Below are positions 13,300 to 23,977 of a stretch of 64,000 nucleotides of DNA, in pieces. The first letter of the stretch is position 1; each line of letters starts with the position of its first letter. The stretch spans positions 1 through 64,000 of the forward strand of contig CAVWXH010000016.1 in assembly GCA_963758915.1 (NCBI GenBank), written 5' to 3'. Both the position numbers and the translations under genes were made by a program. This DNA comes from an uncultured Methanomicrobiales archaeon. Its GTDB lineage: Archaea > Halobacteriota > Methanomicrobia > Methanomicrobiales > Methanospirillaceae. Under the pieces are notes generated by a model. That model was not told the origin of the DNA. It did not search any database and saw nothing but the letters and a program-made list of their open reading frames with translations.

Positions 13300-14646
13300 G
13301 CGAGGTTCGCGGTCGCTTCTGCACGTTCGAGGTCCCCGAGGGGTGGCTGCCCGAGCCGCCCTGCGGGGCGGGTGAGCCCTTGCCCGGGGACGAGCGCGCG
13401 ACCCTCCTCGCGTTCGAGCGCTTTCTGCCCCGTCCTTCGAGCCCGGCGGAGGCCGCCCGGGAGCTGCTGCGGGGTCTGCCCGACCTCTTCGACGAGTGCC
13501 AGCTCCTCAGTCAAGGCCCGACGGCGCTCGCCGAAGGGCGGGAAGGCTTCGCGCTCGCATTCAGGTACCGGGACGAGGACGGCGATCTGCGGCGGCAGCG
13601 CCGGGTCTACAGCACCTCCGGACCCTACGTCTGCGAGCTGGTGGCCGAGCTGCCGGATGGCAGTGTCTCCTGTCCGGACCGGCTGCTCGATGCGATCGTC
13701 GGCTCCCTGCGTCTCCACGGGGTCGAGTTCTGCGCCGGGGCTCGCTCTCTCCAGCCTCTTCAACCGGACGAGCCCGCGGCTGGTGCAGAGGGGCTGCGGC
13801 AGGACTTCTTGTTCCTCGGCCGGAGCCTGGTCGTGCCGACCGGATGGGAGGTCGCCGACGGAGGTGACGGCGCGCTTTTCCGCGGCCGCGGAGCCGAGCT
13901 CGGGGTGCAGCGGGTGATGGGTTGTGACGGCGACGTCTCCGAGTGGTTCGCCGCGCGCGTGGCGGAGGCCGGGACGAGCGGCGAGCTCGTGCTCGGGTGC
14001 AAGCAGTGGGAGGACGACGAGGGTCGGGATCTGGCCGCGCTGCTTCTCGACGACCGGACCCGCCGCACGTGGCATAGCGGTGCGCGGCGCCAGGCCCTGG
14101 AGGTCTTCTCCGGCGAGCCGGTTCCCGCGGTGTTCCGCCTCGTGGCCGAGCCGGCACGGCTGGAGGAGGCCCGCCCGGCCCTTCTTGCGCTGCTCGGGCG
14201 ATGTCGACCCCTTCCCCCTGAACGGTGGCGGACGCGCGCCGCCGAGGGTTGGGTACACCTGGTGCTCGACGGGCCGTGGCTGCAACCCGGCTCGTGGCGC
14301 CTACATGCTGGCGGCGGACCGGGTCGTGACGCTCAGCCTGCTGGCCCAGCCGACCCCTTCCCCTCTGGGTGTGCTGGCGGAAGCGCTGCGGCGGGGTGCC
14401 CGGCAGGGGCTGGTGAAGGTAGACGAGGAAGCTGCCGCCAGGGGTCCCCTGCGCGGGGTCGAGGCCCTCTCGGTGCGGCTGAAAGGGGTCGGGCACATGG
14501 GCGGGCCGATCCTGGTGCAGGGGCTCTGGCTGGTCGCGGGCGACGTCCTGTACACCTGCCTCACGCAGGGTGCCGACCTCGACCTCGTCGACAGGGTGCA
14601 GGCCGATGCCGCGGCCGGGCTGCGACTGCCGGGAATGGAGCGCTGA
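13296..14646 (+). CDS. Protein with three tandem DUF1795/DcrB/PsbP-like domains; putative Eag-type T6SS chaperone (one frameshift near 14290)
   Basis: TTG start overlaps the vgrG stop. Three units begin FEVPEGW / LVVPTGW / LVLDGPW and end with helices such as LDAIVGSLRL and QADAAAGLRL. Confidence 0.55.
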
Positions 14647-15032
14647 TGGTCTTCACACTGCGCCGCGAGCACGTCAGGGCGCTCGACCGCTACATGGCCG
14701 AGAGCTTCGAGGCGCGGGCCATTGCCCACCTGCGGCGGTGCTTTCCAGAGGTCGTCGGCGAGGCGTCGGACGACCAGATGCGCGAGCTCGTCACGTACGG
14801 CATCGAACGCTCTCGCTCGTACGGCATCGACATCGAGCGTGACGTGCTCCGCTACCTCGACCTGATGTGCATGTTCGGCGTCGACTTCGATCGCGACCCG
14901 GCGTATCCCTGGGCGGCCCGGGTGCTCGAGGGACCCAAGACGGCTGGCTCGACCCTGCGCACCAACACCCTCATGGCGGCCGCAAAGGGCTCGCTTGCCG
15001 AGCCCGCGGGAGCCGCAGGGTCGAGGAGCTAG
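14646..15032 (+). CDS. Small helical T6SS-associated protein resembling the domain found C-terminal or adjacent to DUF4123 chaperones
   Basis: MVFTLRREHVRAL..FEARAIAHLRRCFP..SYGI..RDVLRYLDL..FGVDFDRDP.YPWA..L; translationally coupled to the upstream ORF (TGATG). Confidence 0.6.
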   Translation: MVFTLRREHVRALDRYMAESFEARAIAHLRRCFPEVVGEASDDQMRELVTYGIERSRSYGIDIERDVLRYLDLMCMFGVDFDRDPAYPWAARVLEGPKTAGSTLRTNTLMAAAKGSLAEPAGAAGSRS

Positions 15033-15036
15033 CGCC

Positions 15037-15817
15037 ATGTGGGTTGTTCCCCTCATCGCTCTCGCCCTGGTCGTGATCGGGCTCTCGGGGTGTCACCGGA
15101 GACTCGAGGAGGCCGAGGCCGACGCGGATGCCACGACCGGCACCAACCCGGTTGGGTCCGCGGCCCAGCCGTGTGGACCCGGGGGGTGCGACACCTTCAG
15201 GGATGATGTGGACGAGCTTCTTCAGGACTCGCGCCACGGGGCGGGAAGCGTTGCAGTACCTCCGGGACCACAACATTCCGGTGGTTGTGGTCAACGACGG
15301 TCGCGGCTCGCGTTACTCCAACATGGACCGGAGGATCTACCTGGATCGCGGAGACGGGGTCGAGCGGGCGGCCCTGGCACTTGTGCACGAGACCGAGCAC
15401 CGGAGGCGGCTCGACAGAGGCGACCGCCCGAACATCCAGACGGCGACCAGGGAGACCTATGTCGAGGGGATGATCGAGGAAGAAACCGCGGCCACGCTCG
15501 CCGCCCTGCGGACGCGAGAGGAGCTGACTGGGGAGGACCACCCCGGCATGCAGCACGTGAGCTACCCGGGTGCAAGTGACTACGCGGAAGGACAGCAGAC
15601 CGAGCGAGACGCCTGGGCCCAGGATCACCCCGGCGCGACCGAAGAGGAGCTTGACGAGGCCGGGAGGGCTGGCGGCGAAGATGCCGTGCGTTCGGGATTC
15701 TACAACGGCGACTACACCACGACCGACGCCACCACAGGCCAGGACCAGAGCTACTCCGACTACTACGGGAGTGGGTGGGACGACGCGCACCCGAGGCGTT
15801 CTGGTCTTGGCGGGTAG
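15037..15817 (+). CDS. HExxH zinc metallopeptidase with N-terminal hydrophobic/lipobox segment; candidate T6SS effector (one frameshift near 15230)
   Basis: MWVVPLIALALVVIGLSGC; TNPVGSAAQPC; S.TGREALQYL; ALVHETEH; downstream EEETAA (possible third ligand). Confidence 0.7.
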
Positions 15818-15848
15818 TCCGAAGGCTACACCCGACTGCGGGGAGCAG

Positions 15849-16340
15849 TCACCTGACCAGCAGCATCGCCTCGCCGAGAGCTGCGGGCATCCCCAGCGCC
15901 AAGCACGGCCCGAAAAGCTCGTCAACCTCCTTGCGGTCGCAGGCCTCGAGGAACGGACGCAGCACGCGGGGATCGTAGAAGCGGAAGTAGACCGGGCGGT
16001 GGTCGGGGTCGTGCACCGTGAGGAAACGCCGGAAGTGCCTTCGCAGCGCCTGGAGCTCGACGTCGGTGACGGCGAGTACTCCCCAGGGAACGGTCCACAG
16101 CGTGCCGGCCAGCCACTCAAGGGTGGTGGCGTCGAGGTGAACGAGGTACGGGGCGACAGCAAGGTCCTCGTCGCGCCGGGGCGCTTCCCACAGGCAGCAG
16201 GCGCGCTCGGGTCCGAGGGCCCTGGCGCGGGCGGCCAGCTTCGGCTCGCACGCTGCGTCGAGGATCGCCCACAGCCTGCCCTGGTCGACGAGCGTGTCGA
16301 GCTCGCGGCGGGAGGTCGGGCGGAAGGTGAATGCCGCCAT
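15849..16340 (-). CDS. DUF4123 T6SS effector chaperone (Tec/Tap-like)
   Basis: LWAILDAA; APYLV; WGV; LRRHFRRFL; YFRFYDPRVLRPFL signature. Confidence 0.9.
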   Translation of the reverse strand: MAAFTFRPTSRRELDTLVDQGRLWAILDAACEPKLAARARALGPERACCLWEAPRRDEDLAVAPYLVHLDATTLEWLAGTLWTVPWGVLAVTDVELQALRRHFRRFLTVHDPDHRPVYFRFYDPRVLRPFLEACDRKEVDELFGPCLALGMPAALGEAMLLVR

Positions 16341-16342
16341 GC

Positions 16343-16753
16343 CTATCGGACCGAGACGAAGGGTGAGCCGGACCGGCTGGCGGCCTGCATGCAGGACCCA
16401 GGAGCCCCGCCGCTGCCTCCCCCTGCACTGTCGCCTCCGCCTCCGCCTCCGCCCCCCGCAGAGCCGATGAGGACCGTGAAGCAGCCGAGCATGATCATGC
16501 CGCCGTGGGCGGTCATGTCGGTCATCCGCGCGGCGGGCAGGCCGCCGATCAGCACGGTGGGTGCGCCGGGAGGCAGCACCACGTCAATCGGCCCCACACA
16601 GACGGCCTGGGCGGTGATGGTCGCCGCCGGCAGGTTCCCGATGAGTACCGTGGGCTTGCCGGGTGGCAGGATCGGTCCGCCCACGTGGGGCACCAGGACG
16701 TTGACGAGCGGGCAGGCGTGGAAGTCGGTGATCCGCGCGGCGGGCATGCTCAT
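16343..16753 (-). CDS. PAAR-domain spike tip protein with a C-terminal tail
   Basis: PAARITDFHACP..PHVGGPI..VLIGNLPAA..VLIGGLPAARMTD..HGG..VLIG, a Gly linker, then CMQAASRSGSPFV. Confidence 0.92.
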   Translation of the reverse strand: MSMPAARITDFHACPLVNVLVPHVGGPILPPGKPTVLIGNLPAATITAQAVCVGPIDVVLPPGAPTVLIGGLPAARMTDMTAHGGMIMLGCFTVLIGSAGGGGGGGGDSAGGGSGGAPGSCMQAASRSGSPFVSVR

Positions 16754-17076
16754 CGCCGTTCCCTCGTGGTGCTGCATGCGGCTGGCGTGGCGGGCAGCAT
16801 GGTCGTGTCCTGAGCCTCTCCCTGAGTATTGGGCGCCGTCCCGGGAGAGTCAAGCTCGCGGTGAGCCAGGAGGTCCACGTCCGGGTCCAGCCGGGTACCG
16901 CTCTGAAATGATGTTGACGAGCTTGGACATGGTACCAACAGAGGAGAGCCAGCGGCCGGACTCCGGGTGCAGGTGAGGACCGGTGAGGATTGCGGGCTAG
17001 ACTGTCTGGGTATCCTGCCCGGGCGCAGGCTTTCTGCGAGAGCGCGCCGGGGCAAGGACGGCAGGGGAGCACTTCC

Positions 17077-18300
17077 ATGAAGACCTTGATCACGTCAGTC
17101 ATGGCCGCCTGCTCGGTCGGGGCTGCGCTCGCCCAGCAGGTGAGCCAGCCGCCCAGGCAGTTGAAGGTCCTCGAGCTCAGCGGGTCCGCCCACGAGCGGG
17201 GGCTCCAGCACGGGAGACAGCTCCGGGCGGAGATCGCGAAGCTCCTCCAGCTCTGGAAGGACGACCTGCGCACCGAGAAGACGGACCCGGACACGCTGAT
17301 CAGGCGTTTCCTCGCGGAGACGGACTTCGTGCCGGCGATCCGGAGGTGGACGCCCGACCTGCTCGACGAGGTGAGAGGGATCGCCGAGGGCTCGGGGCAG
17401 CCGTTCGACACCATGCTCGCCTTCCAACTGGTGGACGAGCTCTGGGTCTATCTCGACCGACCCGCAGCGAACCACTGCAGCTCGATGGGCGTGGCCAGGA
17501 GCGGCGGTCATCCCGCCTACGTGGCCCAGAACATGGACCTCGAGCCCTTCCGGGACGGGTTCCAGGTCGTCCTGCACATCACCGGCACACCCTCCGTTCC
17601 GGAGCAGCTCGTGTTCAGCTCGGCCGGCTTGATCGGCGTCAACGGGGTCAACGGTCGCTCGATCGCCATCGCCTGCAACACCCTCATCGAGCTCAACGCG
17701 TCGTCCGACGGCCTGCCGGTGGCCTTCATCGTCCGCGGGGTGCTCGCCAGGGCGAGCGGCGAGGAGGCGCACGCCTTCCTCAGGGACGTCAAGCACGCCT
17801 CCGGCCAGAACTATGTCCTCGGCGCCGGCGACCGCATCTGGGATCTCGAGGCGTCCGCAGGCAAGGTGGTCGAGTTCCGGCCGGTCGCGGATGGCAGCGT
17901 CGTCTACCACACCAACCACCCTCTCGCGAATGACGACCTCAAGCCCTGGCACCGGGTCCTGGCCCAGCTCCAGTCGACCGGGACGAAGGGCATGGGAAAC
18001 AGCGAGACGAGGCTTGCGTCCGTTCGAGCGCGTCTTGGGAGACCCGCCGCGGAGATCGACGCGGGCGTGATCAAGGAGACCCTCCGATCGAAGGACTCCG
18101 CGGCCTTCCCCGTGTGTCGGTCGATTCGGGCGAACGCAGAGGCGTTCACCTTCGGGGCGACGGTCATGAGCCTGTCGGATGCCCCGTCCCTCGAGGTCAC
18201 GATGGGCCCGCCAGACACGAACCCGTTCGTTCGACTGGAGTTCCGCAACTTGGCTGCCGCCGCCACTCCGCCCGGCGGACCTGTGGCCCCTTCCTCCTGA
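17077..18300 (+). CDS. Secreted C45-family Ntn-hydrolase (acyl-CoA:6-APA acyltransferase-like)
   Basis: Signal peptide; GS.HERGLQHG; NH-CSS autocleavage site; AQNMD; HTNH. Confidence 0.85.
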   Translation: MKTLITSVMAACSVGAALAQQVSQPPRQLKVLELSGSAHERGLQHGRQLRAEIAKLLQLWKDDLRTEKTDPDTLIRRFLAETDFVPAIRRWTPDLLDEVRGIAEGSGQPFDTMLAFQLVDELWVYLDRPAANHCSSMGVARSGGHPAYVAQNMDLEPFRDGFQVVLHITGTPSVPEQLVFSSAGLIGVNGVNGRSIAIACNTLIELNASSDGLPVAFIVRGVLARASGEEAHAFLRDVKHASGQNYVLGAGDRIWDLEASAGKVVEFRPVADGSVVYHTNHPLANDDLKPWHRVLAQLQSTGTKGMGNSETRLASVRARLGRPAAEIDAGVIKETLRSKDSAAFPVCRSIRANAEAFTFGATVMSLSDAPSLEVTMGPPDTNPFVRLEFRNLAAAATPPGGPVAPSS

Positions 18301-18844
18301 CGCCTCCTGCTCCGGCCTGCCCGGCCGCGCGACGTGGCGCGGCGCGAAACTTCGGGTTAGGTAACCGGTCCACACTTGTTGACATGACACAGATGCCCGG
18401 CGCTCTCGCACCTCAACCTTCGGTTGACCTGCCGGCGATGGCGACAGCCAGGGTTTCCAGGCGCTGCCAAAGCTTGGCGTCATGCGCCATCCTGGCCAGT
18501 ATCAGTCGCGCTCGCGGGCAAGAGACATGCCGAACGAACTGGCTGTCCCCGTGTCGGCGGTTCAAGTCCGTCCCTGGGCTCCAGACGAACCGCGACCTTG
18601 CTCGGCGGGGTCTGTCGTTTTCAGGTCTCTGCTCTCAGAAACTTGGGGGGCGCAGCCGCCTGTTCGCCGTACCGGCGGACGTCTCGGAGCGAAGCGATCG
18701 ACCCGAGGTGGAAGGAACGCTCGCGGGGGTTTGCTGGAGGCTCAGCCAGCAACTGGGAAACGCGAGCTCCGAGCCGTCCCGCGGGCGGGATTGACCGCGA
18801 GGGGCGGGCGTGGAAGACTCCGTGTCCGGATGAAAGGGGGCTGT

Positions 18845-20635
18845 ATGAAGCGAAGATTGCTTGCCGCCGTCCTGCCAGCGCTTCTCGTAGCGGTGGTGGC
18901 CGGCGCCCAGCAGGTGCAGGTGCGCGAGGAGATGCTGCCCAACGGCATGCGCTTTCTGCTGGTGGAACGTCACGATGCGCCAACCGTGAGCTGCGGCTTC
19001 GTGGCCAAGGTTGGTTCGGTCAACGAGCCCCAGGGGCTCACCGGGATCACCCACCTGCTCGAGCACATGATGTTCAAGGGGACCAGGACCATCGGCACCT
19101 CCGACTGGGCCCGCAACGAGGCCATCATCACGCAGCAGGACGAGGTGCGGGCCGAGATGGACAAGGAGTACACCGAGCTGCGCACGAAGCTGCGGCGGGG
19201 TGAGATCTCCGGCTCCGTCTACGACGCCGCCAACGCCACGCCTCGGCTGAAGGAGCTCAAGGAGCAGTACGAGAAGCTCGTCGCGGCCGAGAAGGACGTC
19301 GTCGTCAAGGACGAGCTGGACCAGATCTACACCCAGCAGGGCGCCTCGGGCCTCAACGCCGGCACCAGCGAGGACCAGACGTTCTACTTCATCACGCTGC
19401 CGACCAACAAGCTGGAGCTGTGGTTCTGGATGGAGTCGGACCGCCTGTCCGGTGCCGTGATGCGCGAGTTCTACTCCGAGCGCGACGTGGTCCGGGAGGA
19501 GCGGCGCCTCGCCGTGGATTCGACGCCGACCGGCCTGCAGGAGGAGGCGTTCGACGCCATGTTCTGGCAGTCCTCCCCCTACTCGCACCCGGTCATCGGG
19601 TGGCCCTCCGACATCGAGTCGGTGACCCGTCAGCAGGCCGAGCGCTACGTCGCCACCTATTACGCCCCCAACAACCTCACCGCGGTGCTGGTCGGCGACT
19701 TCAAGGCGGACCAGGCCATGGAGCTGGCGCGCCGGTACTTCGGCCGCATCCCGCGGGGCCAGGTGGCGCCGCCCGAGATGGTCACCGCCGAGCCGAAGCC
19801 GCTCGCCGAGAAGCGCATGGCCTCCGAGGCCGAGACCAACCCCGAGGTCACGATCCGGTTCCACACCGTGGCCTTCAACCACCCGGACGGGTTCGCCCTC
19901 GACGTGCTGTCGAGCCTGCTCAACCGCCGCACCGGCAGGCTCTACAAGGCGTTGGTGGAGGAGAAGAAGCTGGCCGTCGGCCAACCGGATGGCTCCTCCC
20001 GGGACATGAAGTACGAGGGCTACTTCGAGCTTTCCGCCGAGGTCAAGGACGGCGTCGAACCCAGGGCGGTCGAGGACGCCCTCATGGCCGAGCTGGATCG
20101 CCTGGCCAAGGAGCCGGTGGGCGAGCGCGAGCTCAAGAAGGTCAAGAACCAGATGCTCGCCGACTCGTACCGGCGGCTGCAGTCCAACTTCTTCCTGCTG
20201 CTGCAGCTGCTGCTCTACGACTCGTGCGGTGACTGGCATTACCTCAACGACTCCCCGGCCAAGCTCCAGGCGGTGACCGCCGAGGACGTGCAGCGGGTCG
20301 TCAAGACCTACCTGACGGCCGACAAGAAGAACGTGCTGGTCTTCACCCGCAAGGCGGGCAGCGCCCCGGAGGACCCGGAGATCGCGGCGTTGCCGGCGCA
20401 GATGAAGTCCGATGGTCCAGCAGCGGGTGGCGGCGATCGCCGAATGACCGACAGGACGGAGCTCGAGCAGATGCTGGGCCAGTACCAGCAGGGTGCCGGC
20501 CAGGCGCCGCCGCAGGTGCGGCCGGCCCTGAGCATCCTCGTCAAGAAGATCCAGGCGCGCCTGGAAGCGCTGGGTTCTGCGAGCCAGGGTGGCGAGAAGC
20601 CTCCCGTGCAGCCCCAGGGCGGAAAGGAGAACTGA
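18845..20635 (+). CDS. M16 (pitrilysin-family) zinc peptidase, catalytic subunit
   Basis: Signal peptide; LPNGMR; VGSVNE; GITHLLEHMMFKGT (HxxEH); NAGTS.DQT; ERDVVREERR. Confidence 0.92.
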   Translation: MKRRLLAAVLPALLVAVVAGAQQVQVREEMLPNGMRFLLVERHDAPTVSCGFVAKVGSVNEPQGLTGITHLLEHMMFKGTRTIGTSDWARNEAIITQQDEVRAEMDKEYTELRTKLRRGEISGSVYDAANATPRLKELKEQYEKLVAAEKDVVVKDELDQIYTQQGASGLNAGTSEDQTFYFITLPTNKLELWFWMESDRLSGAVMREFYSERDVVREERRLAVDSTPTGLQEEAFDAMFWQSSPYSHPVIGWPSDIESVTRQQAERYVATYYAPNNLTAVLVGDFKADQAMELARRYFGRIPRGQVAPPEMVTAEPKPLAEKRMASEAETNPEVTIRFHTVAFNHPDGFALDVLSSLLNRRTGRLYKALVEEKKLAVGQPDGSSRDMKYEGYFELSAEVKDGVEPRAVEDALMAELDRLAKEPVGERELKKVKNQMLADSYRRLQSNFFLLLQLLLYDSCGDWHYLNDSPAKLQAVTAEDVQRVVKTYLTADKKNVLVFTRKAGSAPEDPEIAALPAQMKSDGPAAGGGDRRMTDRTELEQMLGQYQQGAGQAPPQVRPALSILVKKIQARLEALGSASQGGEKPPVQPQGGKEN

Positions 20636-20637
20636 CG

Positions 20638-22109
20638 ATGCGCCGCGCATTTCTCGCGTTTGTGTGTGTTCTGTGCCTGGCCGCCGTGGCGGTGGCCCAG
20701 ATCCCCGCTCGGCCCGAGCAGCTCACGTACCCGGCCTGGACTGGAAGGTACCCGATGCCGGCGCCATGCGCGCCGTGCTCGCCAACGGCGTGCCGGTCTA
20801 CCTGGCCGAGGACCGCATGCTGCCTCTGGTGAGCATCCAGGTGCAGTTCCGGGGCGGTCGGTATCTCGAGCCCACCGGCAAGGAGGGTGTCGCCGGCCTG
20901 ACGGGCACGGTGTGGCGCAGCGGCGGCGCCGGCGAGCTGGACCCCAAGGCGCTCGACGAGGAGCTGGACTTCCTGGCCGCGCAGCTCGCCACGACGGTCG
21001 GCGACGCCACCGGCTCGGTCAACCTCAACCTGCTCTCCAAGGACCTCGACCGCGGTCTGCAGTTGCTCATGGCCGTGCTGCAGCAAGCCGCGCTTCGAGC
21101 CCGAACGCCTCGCCAAGGCCAAGGAGGACCTGATCGCGGACCTCAAGCGGCGCAACGACGAGACGGCCGACATCGAGGGCCGCGAGTGGAGTCGTCTGGT
21201 CTACGGCGACGACTACTGGATCAACCGCCTGGCCACCAAGGCGTCGGTCGAAGGGCTCGGCCAGGCGGACCTGGTGGCGCTCCACAAGCAGCTCGCCAAC
21301 CCCGCCAACTTCGTGGTGGCGGTGGCCGGGGACTTCAAGCGGGACGAGATGCTGCGCAAGCTCAACGCCACGCTGGGCGCCTGGAAGGCGACCGGGCCCA
21401 GGGTCGCTGCGGTGCCGCAGCCGACCGGCTCGGCCAAACCCGGCGTCTACCTGGTGGACAAGAAGGACGTCAACCAGGGCCGGATCTCCATGGGCCACCT
21501 CGGCAGCAAGCGACCGCTTGCCGACGAGGCGGCGATCGAGGTCGCCAACGACATCCTCGGCGGTGGCGGCTTCACGGCCTGGATGATGAAGCGGGTGCGC
21601 TCCGACGAGGGCCTGGCCTACGGCGCCTACTCCAACTACGGGATCGGCGACCTGATGCCGGGGGCGTTCCGGGCCTACATCCAGACCAAGTCCTCGACCT
21701 GCGCCCGGGCGACGACCCTCACCCGCGAGCTGATGGTGAAGTTGCGGGCGGGGAGTACTCGCAGAAGGAGCTGGAAACCAGCAAGATCTCGTTCATCGAG
21801 ACGCTGCCCCGGAGCTTCGAGACGAAGTGGCGGACCGTGCTGCGCTTTGCCGGCGACGAGCTGGTGGGCCGCGACCGGGCGTACTGGCCGACTTACCGCC
21901 AGCGCATCGGGGCGGTGACGGTGCAGGCGGCGCGGGACGCTGCCACGAAGTACATCAAGCCGGACCAGCTCATCGTCCTGATGGTGGGGAACGTCGACGA
22001 CATCCTCAAGGGGAGCCCAGACCACCCCAACGCCACGATCGAGAGCCTCGGCCCGATCACGCGCCTGCCGCTGCGGGATCCCTTGACCCTGCAGCCCCTG
22101 GCGCCGTAA
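20638..22109 (+). CDS. M16-family peptidase, non-catalytic partner subunit (frameshifted)
   Basis: LANGVPVYL.ED..LPLV; NDILGGGGF..VRSDEGLAYG; directly follows the catalytic subunit. Confidence 0.85.
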
Positions 22110-22117
22110 CCGCCACG

Positions 22118-22162
22118 GCGGCGAGGTGGGGTGCCGCTCCACCTCGCCGCATGCTTTTCTTG
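22118..22162 (+). terminator. Rho-independent terminator
   Basis: Stem GCGGCGAGGTGG / CCACCTCGCCGC followed by atgcttttctt. Confidence 0.7.
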
Positions 22163-22257
22163 TCGGGTGGGGGTTGTGAGGACCCTCAGCTCTCAACTCC
22201 CGACTCGTGACCGGTTGGGAGGGTGGCGGCGACTCTCGACTGGCTTTCGGAGGTCCC

Positions 22258-22669
22258 GTGAGCAAGGTCGTGCTGCATCGCCTGGCCACCACCAAGAAGG
22301 CCCTGGAGGTCTCCAGGCTGGTGGAGGCGCTGTACCTCGAGGGGAAGAGAGTGCTCGTCGCCTTCACCGACGCCGCTCGCGCCGCGACGTTCAACGAGTA
22401 CCTGTGGACGTTCTCCCAGGGGTCGTTCGTGCCGCACTCCCTGTGGGACGGCCAGGGCGAGGCGGACGACCCGGTGGTGCTCGCCCTCGGGATCGTGGGC
22501 AAGCCCAACGGTGCGACGGTTCTGGTGGTGGTCGATCCGTTGCCCGACCGTGCGGCCGCCGGGCGCCTTCGAGGAGGTTCACGATTTCCTCACCCCCGCC
22601 CCTGGAGACGAGGGGAAAGAGGCTGGCTGGGCTTCGGCCGGCTTCGAGGTGCGGGTGGTCGAAGCCTGA
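22258..22669 (+). CDS. holC: DNA polymerase III chi subunit (frameshifted near the 3' end)
   Basis: SRLVEALYLEGKRVLV..NEYLWTFSQGSFVPH..PVVL. Confidence 0.8.
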
Positions 22670-22670
22670 T

Positions 22671-23490
22671 CTACGCCGTTCCGACGGCGCCACGCCAGAC
22701 ACCGCTTCGCACCAGAGCTTCGAGCCCGAGCCGACGCGCTCCAGGGTGACCGGGCTAACGTGCTCCGGCGTGTCGGTGACGCAGTGCCAGTGGGGATAGT
22801 CAAGGTCGACGACGTCCACCGCGGGGATGCCGCGCTGCAGGAACGGCGTGTGGTCGTCCAGGACTGCGTGCCGGACCTCGGCCACGAAGGTGTCGGCGAG
22901 GCCCGCGCCCGCTCCGAGCTGCCAGATCGCCTGCGAGAGCGGCAGATGGGAGGAGCGCTCGAAGAAGAATCGCGCCCCTGCTCCCCCGACCATGTCCGCG
23001 ACGACCACGGCCGCCGGGGCTGGATGCAGCGACGCGGCCATGCGCCTCGAGCCGACGCAGAACGGCCATCCCGTCCAACCGCCCGCGGTCCTCGGCGTCG
23101 AAGAAGGCGAGCCAGACCCCCGGCGGGGGAGGCGAGAGGACCCGCGCCAGCTCCAGCAGGACCGCCACGCCGCTCGCCCCGTCGTTGGCGCCGGGGACTC
23201 TCCGACGCCTCCGCCACCAGCGGCGCTCGCGGTCGGCCCGGGGTCGGGTGTCGAAGTGCGCCCCCAGCAGGATCGCCGGGCTCTCCGGCGAAGGCCGCGA
23301 CAGCAGGTTGCAGCACGGCGCGCGGAAGTACGTGAAAGCGTCCGTCTCGACCGGCCAGCCCCGAGCTCCCGAGCGATGCCGCAATCAGCTCCCTGCATCG
23401 AGCGTTCCCGGGCGAGCCGGCAACCCGCGGCCCCAGCGCGCACTGCTCCCGCACCAGCTCGTACGCTCTCCCGCCGTCGAACCCGCCCAT
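22671..23490 (-). CDS. M28-family peptidase, glutaminyl cyclase-like (frameshifted)
   Basis: FDG.RAY..LGPR..GS; GAHFDTR; GANDGASGVAVLLELAR; FFDAED; DMVG; DDHTPF; WHCVTDT. Confidence 0.88.
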
Positions 23491-23977
23491 GACGCGGCTC
23501 CTCCCCCGACCGAACGTGGTACTCCCGGGCACCGTCATCCCGGGGAGGGGGAAAGAAGCCACCGGCAGCCGGCCCCTGCGCGGCCGGGCCGCAGCCGGGA
23601 TTCTTTCCTCGCCCCGGTACGGGAAGACGGCGGGTTGAGGTGGACGCACCGAACGGCCGCGTTGCCGCATCGGGTCCCTCACCCTGCCCTCGACCCGCTT
23701 TCCGGGTAAGGGTACCCCGATTGGGGTGCTCGTGGGGCGTCGTCCGGCTCCGGAGGAGCGCAGCTCCCGACTGCCGACCGTTGCCCCGCGTCGCAATGAT
23801 GACCGGCCCGCCGCGAGCGCAGTGGTGCTCGCGTCCCTCCCTGCCGCCTCGGGGCCGCGCTCGCCAGAAGCTGAGCTCGCGATCTCCGACGGCTCGGCCA
23901 CGACGTGGGTTCGGGGGGTATGATCGGGGCTCATGAAGGTGGGGACCTCGATCGTCGAACGGGGCCCGAGGGAGCCA

